From a virus (taxonomy: Duplodnaviria > Caudoviricetes), in the IMG/VR virus record IMGVR_UViG_2974529408_000001, positions 2,893 to 66,892 of that record: a DNA stretch of 64,000 nt; one strand, written 5' to 3'. The stretch's first letter is position 1. Each line of letters opens with the position of its first letter. Positions 19,101 to 28,226 of the stretch are shown here, piece after piece. The notes below the pieces were generated by a model. That model was given only the letters and a program-made list of their open reading frames with translations, was not told where the DNA came from and did no database searches. The position numbers and the translations under genes are program-made.

Positions 19101-20374
19101 CGCTCCGTCGTAATCCAGACGGAACTTATTCGTCGACCGACCCCGCTTGGGATCACCTGATCCAGCGCGAGTCTGGCGGCAATCCGAAGATCATCCAGGG
19201 TGTCCAGGATGCCAATAGCGGTGGCAACGAGGCCGAAGGTCTCTTCCAGATTGCCCGTGGCACTTGGTCGGGTGCAGGTGGCAAGGAGTTCGCCGAGACT
19301 GCTGGACAGGCTACGGCTGAGCAGCAGGCGATCATCGCCGCTCGCATCTTCCAGAAGTCCGGCGGTTCCCCCTGGGGCGCTGGCATGCCTGGTCGCGAGT
19401 CTGAAGAGGAGCTTCGGGCGGGTCTCGTGCGGTCGGGAGCGGCCCCGCAGTCGAGCGGTACCTACGGGAGCGCAACTGAAGACACGGCAGCGCAGCAGCT
19501 AGAGGCTCTTCGGGCTCAGAATCAGACGCTTGATCAGACGATCAAGACTCTCCAGAATCCGGACTCTACTGACGAGCAAATCATCGGTGGCCTTCAGGAC
19601 CTGGATTCTACGATCAAGAACACCGAAGACCCTGACATCCGCGAGCAGCTGGAACAAATTCGTGACAACACGATGACGGACCGGGGCATCAAGGAATACG
19701 ACCCTGAAGAGGGTAAGTCAGAGGACCCGATTGGCGACACCATCGGCATCGCCCAGAATGTTCTTGGCATCTACAATGCCATGTCATCGGGCCTCCAGAA
19801 TGCTGGCCAGCTGTTCGAGATGATGGTCCGAGGTATCGAGAATACCAAGGACATCAACGACATGGTTGATGGTGTGCAGTCGATTGTCTCGACCATCACA
19901 GGTATCGTTGATACCGTGGTCTCCGTGGCAGGTACCGTGGCCAGCCTCGCAGCGTTGGCGGGTGCGGCAGTCCCCGGTGTGGGCCAGGCTCTGGCAGCCG
20001 TATCAGCTGTGACCGGCGGCATTGGACAGGTCCAGTCGGTCGTTGACTTGATCCAGGATGCATTCTCCATCGTGGGTCGTTGGGTTGGCTCGGCACTCAG
20101 TTGGCTCGTCGGCGGTGGGCAGGGGCCGCTCAAGGGTGACGTCAAGGCTCTCCTCGACACCAACAACCAGACGCTTAAGTTCTGGTCCAGCGACAATGCC
20201 CTCAACAAGAGTTCGTTCAACCTGGATCCGTTCAACATGTTCCAAGATCGCGAAACGGGAATGACCACGAACCAGTACAACATCTACGCCAACCCGAACG
20301 CTCCCGCCAGTGAGATCGTCAATGAGTTGGGCTACGCAATGAGGGTCAACGGAACAGGAGCGTACCAGGAATGA
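13175..20374 (+). CDS. tape measure protein with C-terminal metallopeptidase-like and Rpf-like transglycosylase domains
   Basis: About 2400 aa, Ala-rich helical; SYHSTGTAADF...HTNHVHW and WDHLIQRESGGN...GLFQI...TW...QQ...PW motifs. Confidence 0.95.
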   Translation: MADYDLGRAHGEIVIDHDERANKATERALRELRDDIRALDRQIKDLNDTMRRQAAHLQASSRAADHASASTNRLTAAQRRNAVAARTMTAANVTLGRSLRSTGNLATGAVQSLAEFGASYVGIKNVSFAAKDMGENMVRLGATLKRVSYRLDPYLSAVQNVNIGLKWTAMRSAQASAALAKFGNSVGIVSRNLRDSSAAFRDSQKAAYAHAETLSNTYRNIRVLGTEIQNEYVNIGARFVKSLGRMTLTVGGLRKALAEMPPAMKAIYSASMAVVTVANALDNIATKVKTVGAALGSLASAGFAKATDAAKAMVASTTAAAASLANVTKGFVAARIAALKYAAGAAQAAAANLLISNTSRRTRLIMAQWAGVLTNNAKAATNFVRSTSGFQASARGIRRVATAFTLFGGSVAGAMTRVGGLNVLRNLTVPLRGLARNFIETNAHVQAFRKRLTDAGVSTARFGRTLGGMGAGVTKMASGMLTAVSGAAMLRRALTGFKPLMNKIVFGLQAIVLAAVAVGAAGGLIMGLGNALKQLSGIVGILPGAISAAALALGPLIIGFMGLAKAIGAGTKEGEEFTKAIEGMSPEMKKVAFAVKDVKGEWKELKEITTDTIFKDFDQEVRGITKDVLPSLKVGLKQVSGGLNDFIQQITSHLREPETIHKLNAAFTDTANLTTNLGRAFGPLLDGMREFGTEGLSILARMSRSASNMTSVFAVWAKSMTVKDAETGMSRLDAIVQRSIRGWGQLGSIVKDAFGIVGDFFHAIGRSGTNALDRWARSISDVRQSLQEMYADGGIKTMTAAFTTLAGHMQQALKIVVDGFRDLGESIGPELANITQAFSVGFVNGVRKAVEIIGSFIKLVANIPGIDSIIGIAASMVTLFKATQLVFGMFSKLVAILVAPIMLFKGLTSSIVGYIAAVKAGTTGTAFMARALDRLKISAVGAQTALGAIGAALGVALVAFASWAYFSEKSRQKNAEVEASIKKTTEGLHDFRDAVYEANGAIDTKAMDALAVSIEGMYEQLTQKANSDATGIKEFARQVDNISQVVTFGMAGRDDHEKEANQIDDVARAAERGKQKLDSYGMSMADIGRVASGSEADFLAFRQNFVNMGKDGADVVQLLDNARAKVTAVTDAAKAMGPSALNISNGLRKMGEEGASTTDKLEGLKQVLQGLGLIQTSAEQQMFEYQEELKKLGDTSQYVVDQNAKLGKAMTDVNGKLDPRNSNAQELNKVLQGISDKFLANAAAGNDAGQMYKDLLPQIRKVGEAYGFQGDEILEVIKNYGIVPAEVSTIMALVGADSIERDIAGLLLQIDQLTNKPKTISIESQAAVDQLKALGVAVGNFNAETKTAEVSLKPGQNAEQVAASLTAWLSQNVEVDPKLKPGFQQNLKKELSGQPPVEVPVKPGVARQERIPANAGAGGASTPTPTPQAPSNPLQPVEQSAKEAESGVNNLKKAMDGLKDVVVTVKVFGTNEAAVGAERLRTALDAVREKVVNVKVYGTNEAAGPAERLRAALDAIKDVTATVTIEGLDAMNEAMLRTIELLDAIGNSAEKAATKVSESFRSMKTAAEEFKTLVATINAQLVTLANSGFTRGQTLGQGFANGILSKVDAVHEAATELAKAAAKPLPSSPAKTGPFSGRGWTPYRGKALAKGFADGIAAGTGSVQSVSLDLARAVASAIDEINVAWSGVDTNFDANRDIPGAKKYYRDPEISKAELEKARRERAEEEAQQAKDDAYRASKKAGEDLPEQESKVKDAEQKVRDAEKELKEAKDAEDTKRAKDRLAEAQVDLKEQRDELKRIKDQAASNPGAAASGAAGAGTKGGLRPNPNRTDYIAAMTDIASRFNLQMTSGMRDEPGSYHSTGTAADFSNGSGNTDEMLAFANFINDNFKPWTKELIYQDPRFSGKQIGDGKNVPDSYYADAGDHTNHVHWAVSEAPEWTGAIGKAVTDSINEGASDGARKAEPGVAKSMEGAMTVPLRRNPDGTYSSTDPAWDHLIQRESGGNPKIIQGVQDANSGGNEAEGLFQIARGTWSGAGGKEFAETAGQATAEQQAIIAARIFQKSGGSPWGAGMPGRESEEELRAGLVRSGAAPQSSGTYGSATEDTAAQQLEALRAQNQTLDQTIKTLQNPDSTDEQIIGGLQDLDSTIKNTEDPDIREQLEQIRDNTMTDRGIKEYDPEEGKSEDPIGDTIGIAQNVLGIYNAMSSGLQNAGQLFEMMVRGIENTKDINDMVDGVQSIVSTITGIVDTVVSVAGTVASLAALAGAAVPGVGQALAAVSAVTGGIGQVQSVVDLIQDAFSIVGRWVGSALSWLVGGGQGPLKGDVKALLDTNNQTLKFWSSDNALNKSSFNLDPFNMFQDRETGMTTNQYNIYANPNAPASEIVNELGYAMRVNGTGAYQE

Positions 20375-21234
20375 CTCGCCTACAGGAGGGCCAGTACAAG
20401 CTTGGTGATCTGGTGTTCGGGGCAGGAACTCCGATTCAGATCACCAAGTTCGAGCCCCAAGGCTTTGATGCTAACGTCAATGACCTGCCCAAGGAGCAGG
20501 TTGACGAGGTATCATTTGGCTTCGACTCGTACTCGCCGAAGCCCGTGGCCATTGAGGGCGGCATACTCAACCAGTTCGACGTGTTCCGTGGACCGGGCCA
20601 CCTCCTGCCTGGCGGAATCTCCGGCCAAGACCTCCAGGAGATGTTCTTCAAGGAGTGGCGAGCCGACGAAGTTCGTCGCGTATGGAATGCAATGAAGCCA
20701 TTGCACTACAAGAAGGGTGGTCCGCAGAAGATTCTGTTTGGCCGCCCTCGGAAGATCAACATGATCCCGGCTCGCCGTGGCGCTGACTTCATTCCATTCG
20801 TTGCAGAGTACATGCCAGCTGACGTTCTGGCCTATTCATACGAGGAGCATTCGACACCTGAGGTCTCCCCGACGACTGCCGGGACTAAGCCGTACTCTCT
20901 CACCCGCTTCGAGGGCACGGCAGACGCCTGGTTCAGGGCCGTCATTACCGGCCCCGCGAATCAGCCGACGATTGAGTTCGGCAACTGGATGGTCAAGGTT
21001 GACCACAACTTGGGCGCTGGCAAGCTCATGGAGATCAGCGCCCAGCCTTGGCTGCGTCGAGTGATCAATTCTGATTCGCTGAACCTGTCTGCTAAGCTAA
21101 TAGGTGATTCGGCGTACTTGAATGAGATGAAGATTCCCCCGAAGGCTACAACCAACTGGGGATTCTCCTGCACTGGTTCAACAAGCGCCACCAAGTGTTT
21201 CCTCACTTGGCGAGATGCGTACGTCTCATACTGA
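20371..21234 (+). CDS. minor tail protein (distal tail-like)
   Basis: Immediately after tape measure, ATGA overlap. Confidence 0.75.
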   Translation: MTRLQEGQYKLGDLVFGAGTPIQITKFEPQGFDANVNDLPKEQVDEVSFGFDSYSPKPVAIEGGILNQFDVFRGPGHLLPGGISGQDLQEMFFKEWRADEVRRVWNAMKPLHYKKGGPQKILFGRPRKINMIPARRGADFIPFVAEYMPADVLAYSYEEHSTPEVSPTTAGTKPYSLTRFEGTADAWFRAVITGPANQPTIEFGNWMVKVDHNLGAGKLMEISAQPWLRRVINSDSLNLSAKLIGDSAYLNEMKIPPKATTNWGFSCTGSTSATKCFLTWRDAYVSY

Positions 21235-21249
21235 GTCCAAGGAGACCGA

Positions 21250-22374
21250 ATGAGATTGATTGTGGAGCATGCTACCACGCGGGAGATACTCACGCGTGAC
21301 CTTGACGTGGCCGAGGCCAACTTCAGCAAGATGCTATCCGGACCTTGCCAAATCCAGGCGAAGATTCCGTGGAAGGGCCTGAACAACGACTTCATCAAGT
21401 TCAAGCCGTATGGGCACTTGATCCATGTCGAAGAAACCATCAATGGTACCCGCAAGATTCTTGGCAGTGGCATTGTGCAGCCATCCGAAGTCGATGACCA
21501 GACTGGCGATCTCGATCTCGTGGCAGAGGGGTTCAGCAATTACCCCAAGGGCATTCCGTGGTTGCAGAACTGGAACCCCATTACGGTGGACCCGTTCGAG
21601 ATATTTCACAAGGCTTGGCAGCATATCCAGAGCTACCCGACTGGTAATTTGAACGTCACCATCACGCCAGAGTCCTCTGGAACCTACATGCTGCCAGGCT
21701 TTAGCTTTGATGGCTCTGAATTCATCCTGGACTTCTTCGCATTCTTCCTGCGCTCCGCTGACATGCGGGACATTGCCGAGACGCTCAATGCCTTGGCCCG
21801 CGATATTCCATTCGACTACCTTGAGAGGTCGCAGTGGAACTCCAATCGTACTCAGATCGACAAGAGCATCCTGTTGGGCTACCCGAACTTCGGCGTCCAT
21901 CAGGAGGCTATGGTCTTTCGATTCGGAGAGAACGCGCTGGCGGGCAAGCCAAAGCCAGAGGCCGAGATCGAGTGGTCCAGCGAGATCATTATCAAGGGCT
22001 GGTTCCCTGGAAAGGTCTACAGCTCAGACTTCAAGAACGACGACAGTGACCGCCTTCGTCGAGTGATCAAGGAAGAAGATGCCCAGATCAACTCGAAGGA
22101 ACGAGCCAAGGCTTGGGCCAAGCGCAAACTGACTCGCCGCCAGGTGCCGGACTACTGGGAAGAGTTGACCGTCGATGCCAACCACCCGAATGCTCCGTTT
22201 GGCCAGTGGGACCTGGGGGACGAGATCAAGGTTGAGGGAATCATGCCGTGGGTTGGCAAGGTCTCCGCTCCTCACCGGATCATCGGCTATACCTGGGATG
22301 GCAGTGGTACCTCCACGCTTCGCATGAAGCACGAGGGCGCGTTCAACTATGATCCCGTCGAGTACGAAAGCTGA
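21250..22374 (+). CDS. minor tail protein (baseplate hub-like)
   Basis: AAGGAG RBS; position; C-terminal WDLGDEIKV. Confidence 0.75.
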   Translation: MRLIVEHATTREILTRDLDVAEANFSKMLSGPCQIQAKIPWKGLNNDFIKFKPYGHLIHVEETINGTRKILGSGIVQPSEVDDQTGDLDLVAEGFSNYPKGIPWLQNWNPITVDPFEIFHKAWQHIQSYPTGNLNVTITPESSGTYMLPGFSFDGSEFILDFFAFFLRSADMRDIAETLNALARDIPFDYLERSQWNSNRTQIDKSILLGYPNFGVHQEAMVFRFGENALAGKPKPEAEIEWSSEIIIKGWFPGKVYSSDFKNDDSDRLRRVIKEEDAQINSKERAKAWAKRKLTRRQVPDYWEELTVDANHPNAPFGQWDLGDEIKVEGIMPWVGKVSAPHRIIGYTWDGSGTSTLRMKHEGAFNYDPVEYES

Positions 22375-22376
22375 CC

Positions 22377-24356
22377 ATGGGCTGGAACGATTACGAGTCA
22401 AAGCAGGTTCGGGCACTTCGTGGCATCTCCACTCGCTCTGAGAAGCCCAACAAAGACCTTGAGACGAACATCCGCAACCTGAACAACTCGGTGCGGTACA
22501 TGTCTTCGATGATGGGGATCATGCAGGAGGGCATCGACGATGCCAACCGTGACATCCTCCAGCAGTTCAGTGACGCGATCCAAGACCTGATGATCATCTT
22601 CAACATCGGTGGAGGTGGCGATACCCTCAATCTCGACTGGGGCGACATCGGTGTGGTGCTGGAGAACATCTCGTCCATCCTGCGCTTTGACTTCTTGAAC
22701 CTTCCCGACTTCGATTTGCTGGGCTGGGCACAGGACGTTTGGGACGACACCTTTGGCAACCTGGACATTATGAATTTTGAGCGTCTCAAAGAGGCGTTCA
22801 ACGGCGAGTATGTCGGCCCAGACATTGCCCTCAACATTATCCAGAATGTCATCCGAACGATCAAGCGCCTGGCAAGCAGCATCATTGCCCCGTGGCGACT
22901 TCCGCAGATCAACGTCAGCTCGATCACGAATGAACCTGGCCCCAACTTGCTATCGAGCTTCGGCGGCTTCAACGCTGCCGAGGACATAGCTGGTGATGGC
23001 ATCTGGATCTTCGACCCTGATGTGGGCAAGACCTCCCTTGGATCGGCCCGTACCGATGCGAATGGAACTCTAAAGGTTCTGTCGTCAGAGGCCATCGCTG
23101 TTTCCGCTGGGCAGACACTCCAACTTGGCGGATGGGTCAAGTGGCAGGGTGCCGTGGCAACAGGTTCTGCCTTCAGTATCTTGGTGGTGCCGTACATTGG
23201 CAGTCTTGCCCAGACCCCGGTTCAGATCAGCACTCTGAACAGTCCAGCGGCCAACGGCGAGAATACGTTCCCGATGACCGACTGGACTGTTCCTGCCAGC
23301 GTTGACGCGGTCCGCGTTCGTGTGACCGTGGAGGCTTCTGTCACATCGGGAACCGTGTGGTGGGATGATCTGGTTCTTCGTAAGGCTGGATCCACACTTC
23401 CCCAGAGCTTCATTGGTGGCCTTGGGCAGCGGTTGCAGGACCTCGATGACAATGATACTGGGCTCGATGATGCCATCGGTAAGTTGGCTGGCAATATCAA
23501 CAATGCGGTCAATGCAACCATCGAAGACGTTGGCGAAGGCGTCGGTGACATCCTCGAAGCCTTCAATACCATCTTCAACCTGAATCGTCAGTCAAAGGCT
23601 GCAGAGGCTGCTGCCCTCGAAGCCAAGCAGATTCTCGCCGCGATGAACAATCAGGAAGACACCGGCGGCGACGGCATGGCCTGGTCGACAGACTTTACCG
23701 ACCCCAACGGCACTCCACTCAACCCTGCTGATTGGCAGAACGTAAGCAATATCCTGCATCGACAGAACGGCGCGGGCGTGCCGGATTCGGGTGGAACATT
23801 CACCGCCTGGGCTGTGACTACTCGCAGTACGAACACGGATTCACAGAAGTGTTCGTTCATTATTTCGAGAATACACGGACAGAGCGCATACTCGGGAGCG
23901 CTTGTTAGGTCCAACTCTGATCGCTCTAGCTACGTAAGATGCTTCGCCAATGAGGATGGAGACCTACAACTTAGCCGACTCAGTCCTGCAGGTAGCTCTA
24001 CCTTCCTGAGCGTCAACCACGCTGCTGGGTTTAAGGTTGGTGACCAGATTGAGATTAGGTGTAATGGAACTTTCTATTACATCTACAAGAACGGCAATCA
24101 GATTTACTCGTACAACGACGTGGAAGCTACGGCGGTCGTTGGAGCTTCCAACCGATGCTGCGGTATGCTTATGCAGAGGACTGGTAATGTTCTTTACTAC
24201 TACGAGTCGCCTCGGTTTGCTTCGTTCTACATGTCGGACTGGTACATCCCTCCAGGTGGGCCGGTCAACGTCTTCTGGCAGGGCACTCTGATCCAGTACA
24301 ACTCGCTGACCACAAAGCTTGACAACGCAGTCTACTTCATACTCCCGGCGACGTAG
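22377..24356 (+). CDS. minor tail protein (receptor-binding candidate)
   Basis: 659 aa; central CBM-like GPNLL...VWWDDLVL and C-terminal lectin-like beta domain. Confidence 0.75.
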   Translation: MGWNDYESKQVRALRGISTRSEKPNKDLETNIRNLNNSVRYMSSMMGIMQEGIDDANRDILQQFSDAIQDLMIIFNIGGGGDTLNLDWGDIGVVLENISSILRFDFLNLPDFDLLGWAQDVWDDTFGNLDIMNFERLKEAFNGEYVGPDIALNIIQNVIRTIKRLASSIIAPWRLPQINVSSITNEPGPNLLSSFGGFNAAEDIAGDGIWIFDPDVGKTSLGSARTDANGTLKVLSSEAIAVSAGQTLQLGGWVKWQGAVATGSAFSILVVPYIGSLAQTPVQISTLNSPAANGENTFPMTDWTVPASVDAVRVRVTVEASVTSGTVWWDDLVLRKAGSTLPQSFIGGLGQRLQDLDDNDTGLDDAIGKLAGNINNAVNATIEDVGEGVGDILEAFNTIFNLNRQSKAAEAAALEAKQILAAMNNQEDTGGDGMAWSTDFTDPNGTPLNPADWQNVSNILHRQNGAGVPDSGGTFTAWAVTTRSTNTDSQKCSFIISRIHGQSAYSGALVRSNSDRSSYVRCFANEDGDLQLSRLSPAGSSTFLSVNHAAGFKVGDQIEIRCNGTFYYIYKNGNQIYSYNDVEATAVVGASNRCCGMLMQRTGNVLYYYESPRFASFYMSDWYIPPGGPVNVFWQGTLIQYNSLTTKLDNAVYFILPAT

Positions 24357-24358
24357 CC

Positions 24359-24958
24359 ATGGCAGCTCCAATCGAGGCGGGCTCTCGAACTACGACGGGT
24401 AGCTATACACTTCCGGTTCCAAGCTGGTCAGACGTGATGGACTTTGTCATAGTCAGTGGTGGACGAAAGGGGTCCGATGGCACGCCCTATGTGAGCGGCA
24501 GTAGGGGCGACAACGGTGATGTACTGTTCGGTTCAGTGAAGGTGAGGCCTGGTTTATCTCTAGTCTGCTTCGTTGGCGGGAGCGACCAGGCCACGACAAT
24601 TAACTTTGTGTCAGCTACCATGAACGCCGACAGTGGTCCAGAGAAGAGTAGCAACACAGTCACGCTAACCGGAGCGCTAGAGGGCGACCCAGCTGTTCCA
24701 ACAACCTGGGCAGTCGACATAGGTACGCGCGGCAATGGTGGAGCTGGTGGAGCAAAGGGAGACTTCACTACAACGCCAAGCACACCTGGTGAGCCGGGCT
24801 CTCCGGGAACCGGCGGCGGAATCTTTTGGAGATTCCGGCAAGCAGCACAGGTTCCTCGACTTGGCTTAATTCGGGCGCAGGATGTGAAGATACAGAACAA
24901 ACAGGTCCAGGCCATCTATGTCGGCACCAAGAAGGTTTGGGATAAGTCACTCAACTAG
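24359..24958 (+). CDS. glycine-rich minor tail protein
   Basis: YTLPVPSW...GG pattern shared with 25132..26181. Confidence 0.7.
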   Translation: MAAPIEAGSRTTTGSYTLPVPSWSDVMDFVIVSGGRKGSDGTPYVSGSRGDNGDVLFGSVKVRPGLSLVCFVGGSDQATTINFVSATMNADSGPEKSSNTVTLTGALEGDPAVPTTWAVDIGTRGNGGAGGAKGDFTTTPSTPGEPGSPGTGGGIFWRFRQAAQVPRLGLIRAQDVKIQNKQVQAIYVGTKKVWDKSLN

Positions 24959-24967
24959 GAGGCACCA

Positions 24968-25135
24968 ATGACAGATATAACTTTCACTCACCCCGACGCA
25001 CCTGGCGTGACCTTCACGCTCAGTTCATCGGGAACCGGCGCAGACATGTTCACGCTACGCGCCCACAGCGATGACATGCAAGATGAGCTTGGCAACCCCA
25101 AGCTCCTGACCGAGGTAGGATTCCCCAGGCCATGA
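24968..25135 (+). CDS. small hypothetical protein (55 aa, absent from ORF track)
   Basis: AGGAGG RBS, MTDITFTHPD...GFPRP, ATGA overlap with next gene. Confidence 0.7.
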   Translation: MTDITFTHPDAPGVTFTLSSSGTGADMFTLRAHSDDMQDELGNPKLLTEVGFPRP

Positions 25136-26181
25136 GTGGCTGGTCTCCAGAAGGACCCCCAGTAGAAAGTGGTGGGGCACTGTGGTCATCGGGAGATGGC
25201 CCGCCCACTATTGCCTGGGGCTCCTTCTGGGGTAACGTTCCGGTCTTGACCGGGGTCGGATCGGCACTGGCCCAGGACAAGGCAGCTTTGAAGTACAAGG
25301 CCAACGTCCTGTCCAGTGCCCAGGCCGATGATGAACTGTACGTGGGGCTTGATCCCATGCAGGACTTCGAGGTTAGGATCAAGCCTCGGGAGAATGCCGG
25401 GGGCAATGATCGACTCGGCATGTCGATTGACGCGATCCTGCGGGAATCAGCCGGGGCCGTCGACCTTTCCCGGCTCGGCCTGAAGGGTAGAGACAACGGG
25501 GCAGGCTCCGACTTCGGCCTCAATAAGCCGAAAGTACCTGGCCGTGATGGTGGCGCAGCAGATGGTCTCTCGCTGGTCAACCTAGCATCTTCAGCCCGCG
25601 AATCTGGCGGAGGGGAGGACCTGGCCAGCAATAGATTCACACCAGTGTCACCACTATCTTCAGTTTACAGTACTGTTGGCACATTCTCATACACCATCCC
25701 GGTATGGAGCAGTGCCATTGAAATCATCTGCCTTGGCGGAGGATCAGGCGGTAATGGTGGTGGTAGCTTTGCTGGCGACGGCGGCAAGGCGTCAACTTGG
25801 GCCTGGGGTACATTCGTGCGGGGAGTCCATATTCCGTGGACTGAAATTAACCTGACGGTTGTAGTCGGCGCGGGCGGGAATGGCGGCGGAGCGTTCGGCG
25901 GCACGGGTGGAAATGGATCACCCAGCTACGTCCAACGATCTGGGAATGATATTCTTCGTTCTCACGGGGCTGTCGCAGTCGGCGGAACCGGCATTAACCG
26001 AACTGGTGACGCTGTATCACCAGCTACGTTAGAGCTGGGTGGTGTGACGTACAATGGTGGTGCAGCTTCAACGACCGACACCGCCAGCGTGCCTGGTTCG
26101 GGTGGTCGTGGTGGGGGCAGCCTCCAGTCCGGTACGGCCGGTGGTCGGGGGCAAGTTTGGGTAAGAGCAATCCAGTATTAA
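25132..26181 (+). CDS. glycine-rich minor tail protein
   Basis: FSYTIPVW...CLGGGSGG...VVGAGG...GQVWVR. Confidence 0.75.
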   Translation: MSGWSPEGPPVESGGALWSSGDGPPTIAWGSFWGNVPVLTGVGSALAQDKAALKYKANVLSSAQADDELYVGLDPMQDFEVRIKPRENAGGNDRLGMSIDAILRESAGAVDLSRLGLKGRDNGAGSDFGLNKPKVPGRDGGAADGLSLVNLASSARESGGGEDLASNRFTPVSPLSSVYSTVGTFSYTIPVWSSAIEIICLGGGSGGNGGGSFAGDGGKASTWAWGTFVRGVHIPWTEINLTVVVGAGGNGGGAFGGTGGNGSPSYVQRSGNDILRSHGAVAVGGTGINRTGDAVSPATLELGGVTYNGGAASTTDTASVPGSGGRGGGSLQSGTAGGRGQVWVRAIQY

Positions 26182-26198
26182 GATGAGAGGCAATTGAA

Positions 26199-26564
26199 AT
26201 GGCAGCAACATATCAGGACGCCCACCTTCTCGCGGCGACGAATGCGATCACGGCCCTGGGGAACAGGATCGGTCTGTACGTCGGTGACACTCGGGTTGGC
26301 ACGGTCTACGCCGACACCTCGTGGGGAGCAGCGGCGAAGGTGAACGAAGACGGGTTCACCTGGGGCAAGTCCATTGGCTCAGCGGCAACGATCACCGTGC
26401 CTGGTGGTACCTTGTCGAACGGAGCGGTGATCGACCGCTATGGAATCCTCAATGGTACCACGCTACTTCGTACCGAGGCGCTACCCGTGGCCCTGACCAT
26501 CAACGACGCAAGCCAGGAGTTCAGCGTGGACGTCACGCCGATCTTCCGATACCGAGGAGTGTAA
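26199..26564 (+). CDS. minor tail protein
   Basis: 121 aa beta-rich ORF in the tail module. Confidence 0.6.
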   Translation: MAATYQDAHLLAATNAITALGNRIGLYVGDTRVGTVYADTSWGAAAKVNEDGFTWGKSIGSAATITVPGGTLSNGAVIDRYGILNGTTLLRTEALPVALTINDASQEFSVDVTPIFRYRGV

Positions 26565-26566
26565 CA

Positions 26567-26800
26567 ATGATTAACCCAATGGAGACTGAGGCCGAGAAGG
26601 ACGTTTACATCGCTGTTCTGGAGCGACAGCTCCTGGGCGCGACGATGGACAGCCTGCGCCTTGCCGCACTCGTGGAGATCAAGGACGCTGACTCCAGCGT
26701 TCACGATGATGAGCTTCTGGATTGGGCAAAGAAGCGGGCTGAAGAACGGCTGGGCGGGTATCGGAATGACGTGAAGAAGATGGCGCAACGGTCATTCTGA
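26567..26800 (+). CDS. hypothetical protein
   Basis: GAGGAG RBS; 77 aa. Confidence 0.65.
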   Translation: MINPMETEAEKDVYIAVLERQLLGATMDSLRLAALVEIKDADSSVHDDELLDWAKKRAEERLGGYRNDVKKMAQRSF

Positions 26801-26806
26801 CTGAAC

Positions 26807-26827
26807 GGGTATACTAGGGGGTATACT
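26807..26827 (+). promoter_or_regulatory. tandem GGG-TATACT -10 elements ahead of lysis cassette
   Basis: GGGTATACT at 26807 and 26819. Confidence 0.55.
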
Positions 26828-26839
26828 CGGGAGGTAATA

Positions 26840-27946
26840 ATGGGTGATGTCGTCTGGCTCGAAAAGGCTTTCAGGAATGCTGGCCTACCGATTGAAGTAT
26901 TCCCTGGCGCGTATCAACGCGGCCACGGGGACCTGATCGGTGACAAGCCGTTCATGCACCACACTGGAAGTTTCAATGAGACGGCCAACGGCATCGCCAA
27001 CCACCCAAGCCTCGGGCTGTGCAGCCAGCTGTTCCTCAAGAAGGGCAAGTTCACCCTATGCGGGGTCGGGGTCGCCTACCATGCCGGAATGGGAAGTGGC
27101 TTCGGTCTCCCCACCAACAACGGCAACTGGCACTCCATCGGGATCGAGGCCGCCCACGATGGCAAAGCCAAGTGGGACACCTACCACCTGAACAACTACC
27201 TTGAGGGCATCCGGGTCATCAACCGGCACCGGGGCAAGCCGCTCAACGACGTGGTGGCACACAAGGAGTACGGGGCCATCCAGGGCAAGTGGGACCCAGG
27301 CAACCTCGACATGAAGTGGGTCCGCCAGGTTCTGCTGGAAGAGAAGAAGCCAGCCCAGGCCGTGGTCATCAACATGATCGAGCTGGAGGCCAAGGAGAAC
27401 CCTTGGGTCGGCAAGCGTCTGGCCAAGCCCGGTGCCGAGGGCGAGATGAAGGTCGGCCACAGGCTCCAGGGGCGTCTGGTGGAATACGAGAACGCCCACA
27501 TCTACTTCCACCCATCTTGCGGAGCCCATGCCATCCCTCATGGTGGGCTGTTCGAGGCTTACGCCAACTTTGGTTTCGAGAAGGGTCCGCTGGGATACCC
27601 CGTCCGAGACTTCACCAAGCTACCTGAGGGTGCCGTCATGGCATTCCAGGGTGCCGTCCTTTACAAGAAGGATGGCAAGGATGCCCAGTACGTCAAGGGC
27701 GTCATTGGGCAGCGCTGGGCCAAGGAGGGTTACGAGAAGGGGCCGCTGGGTTGGGCCACCTCTCTCGAAATCCCGAATGGCACTGGCGGAGTTATCCAGT
27801 ACTTTGAGAATGGCTCTCTGGAATGGGACCCGAGCGGTGCGGTCGAGAAGATTGGCCAGTTCGCAGTTCGAGACCTGTCCATCGTCAACGAGAAGACTGG
27901 CCTGCCGTTGGCTGTAGACGCAGTCAACTTGTCCACCGCAGCATAG
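26840..27946 (+). CDS. lysA: lysin A: N-acetylmuramoyl-L-alanine amidase + LGFP repeats
   Basis: HHTG, YHAG, SIGIE, AHKEY, KWDPG amidase_2 motifs; two GPLG(Y/W)(P/A) LGFP repeats. Confidence 0.9.
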   Translation: MGDVVWLEKAFRNAGLPIEVFPGAYQRGHGDLIGDKPFMHHTGSFNETANGIANHPSLGLCSQLFLKKGKFTLCGVGVAYHAGMGSGFGLPTNNGNWHSIGIEAAHDGKAKWDTYHLNNYLEGIRVINRHRGKPLNDVVAHKEYGAIQGKWDPGNLDMKWVRQVLLEEKKPAQAVVINMIELEAKENPWVGKRLAKPGAEGEMKVGHRLQGRLVEYENAHIYFHPSCGAHAIPHGGLFEAYANFGFEKGPLGYPVRDFTKLPEGAVMAFQGAVLYKKDGKDAQYVKGVIGQRWAKEGYEKGPLGWATSLEIPNGTGGVIQYFENGSLEWDPSGAVEKIGQFAVRDLSIVNEKTGLPLAVDAVNLSTAA

Positions 27947-27956
27947 GAGTTTTGGA

Positions 27957-28226
27957 ATGGCTGACACCGTACTTGAAGAGGAAGCCACCTGGGGGGACCG
28001 TGTTGGTCAGTACTCCAAGGCCATCGTGGCAACCGTGACCCCCGCAGTGTTCCTTGGTGGAGCATTGGCGCTCGTCCTTCCGGCAGAACAGGCGGCGTCC
28101 ATCACCGCCGCTGTTGCCAGTGTGACGGGATTCCTGACCTGGCTGGCTGGGAATACTGAGATTCTCAAGCGCCAGGCAGACGAGGCCGAAGAGGCCATCG
28201 AAGACGCCATCGGTCGCGAAATCTGA
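27957..28226 (+). CDS. holin
   Basis: Two TM segments, YSKAIVA motif, directly after lysin. Confidence 0.75.
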   Translation: MADTVLEEEATWGDRVGQYSKAIVATVTPAVFLGGALALVLPAEQAASITAAVASVTGFLTWLAGNTEILKRQADEAEEAIEDAIGREI

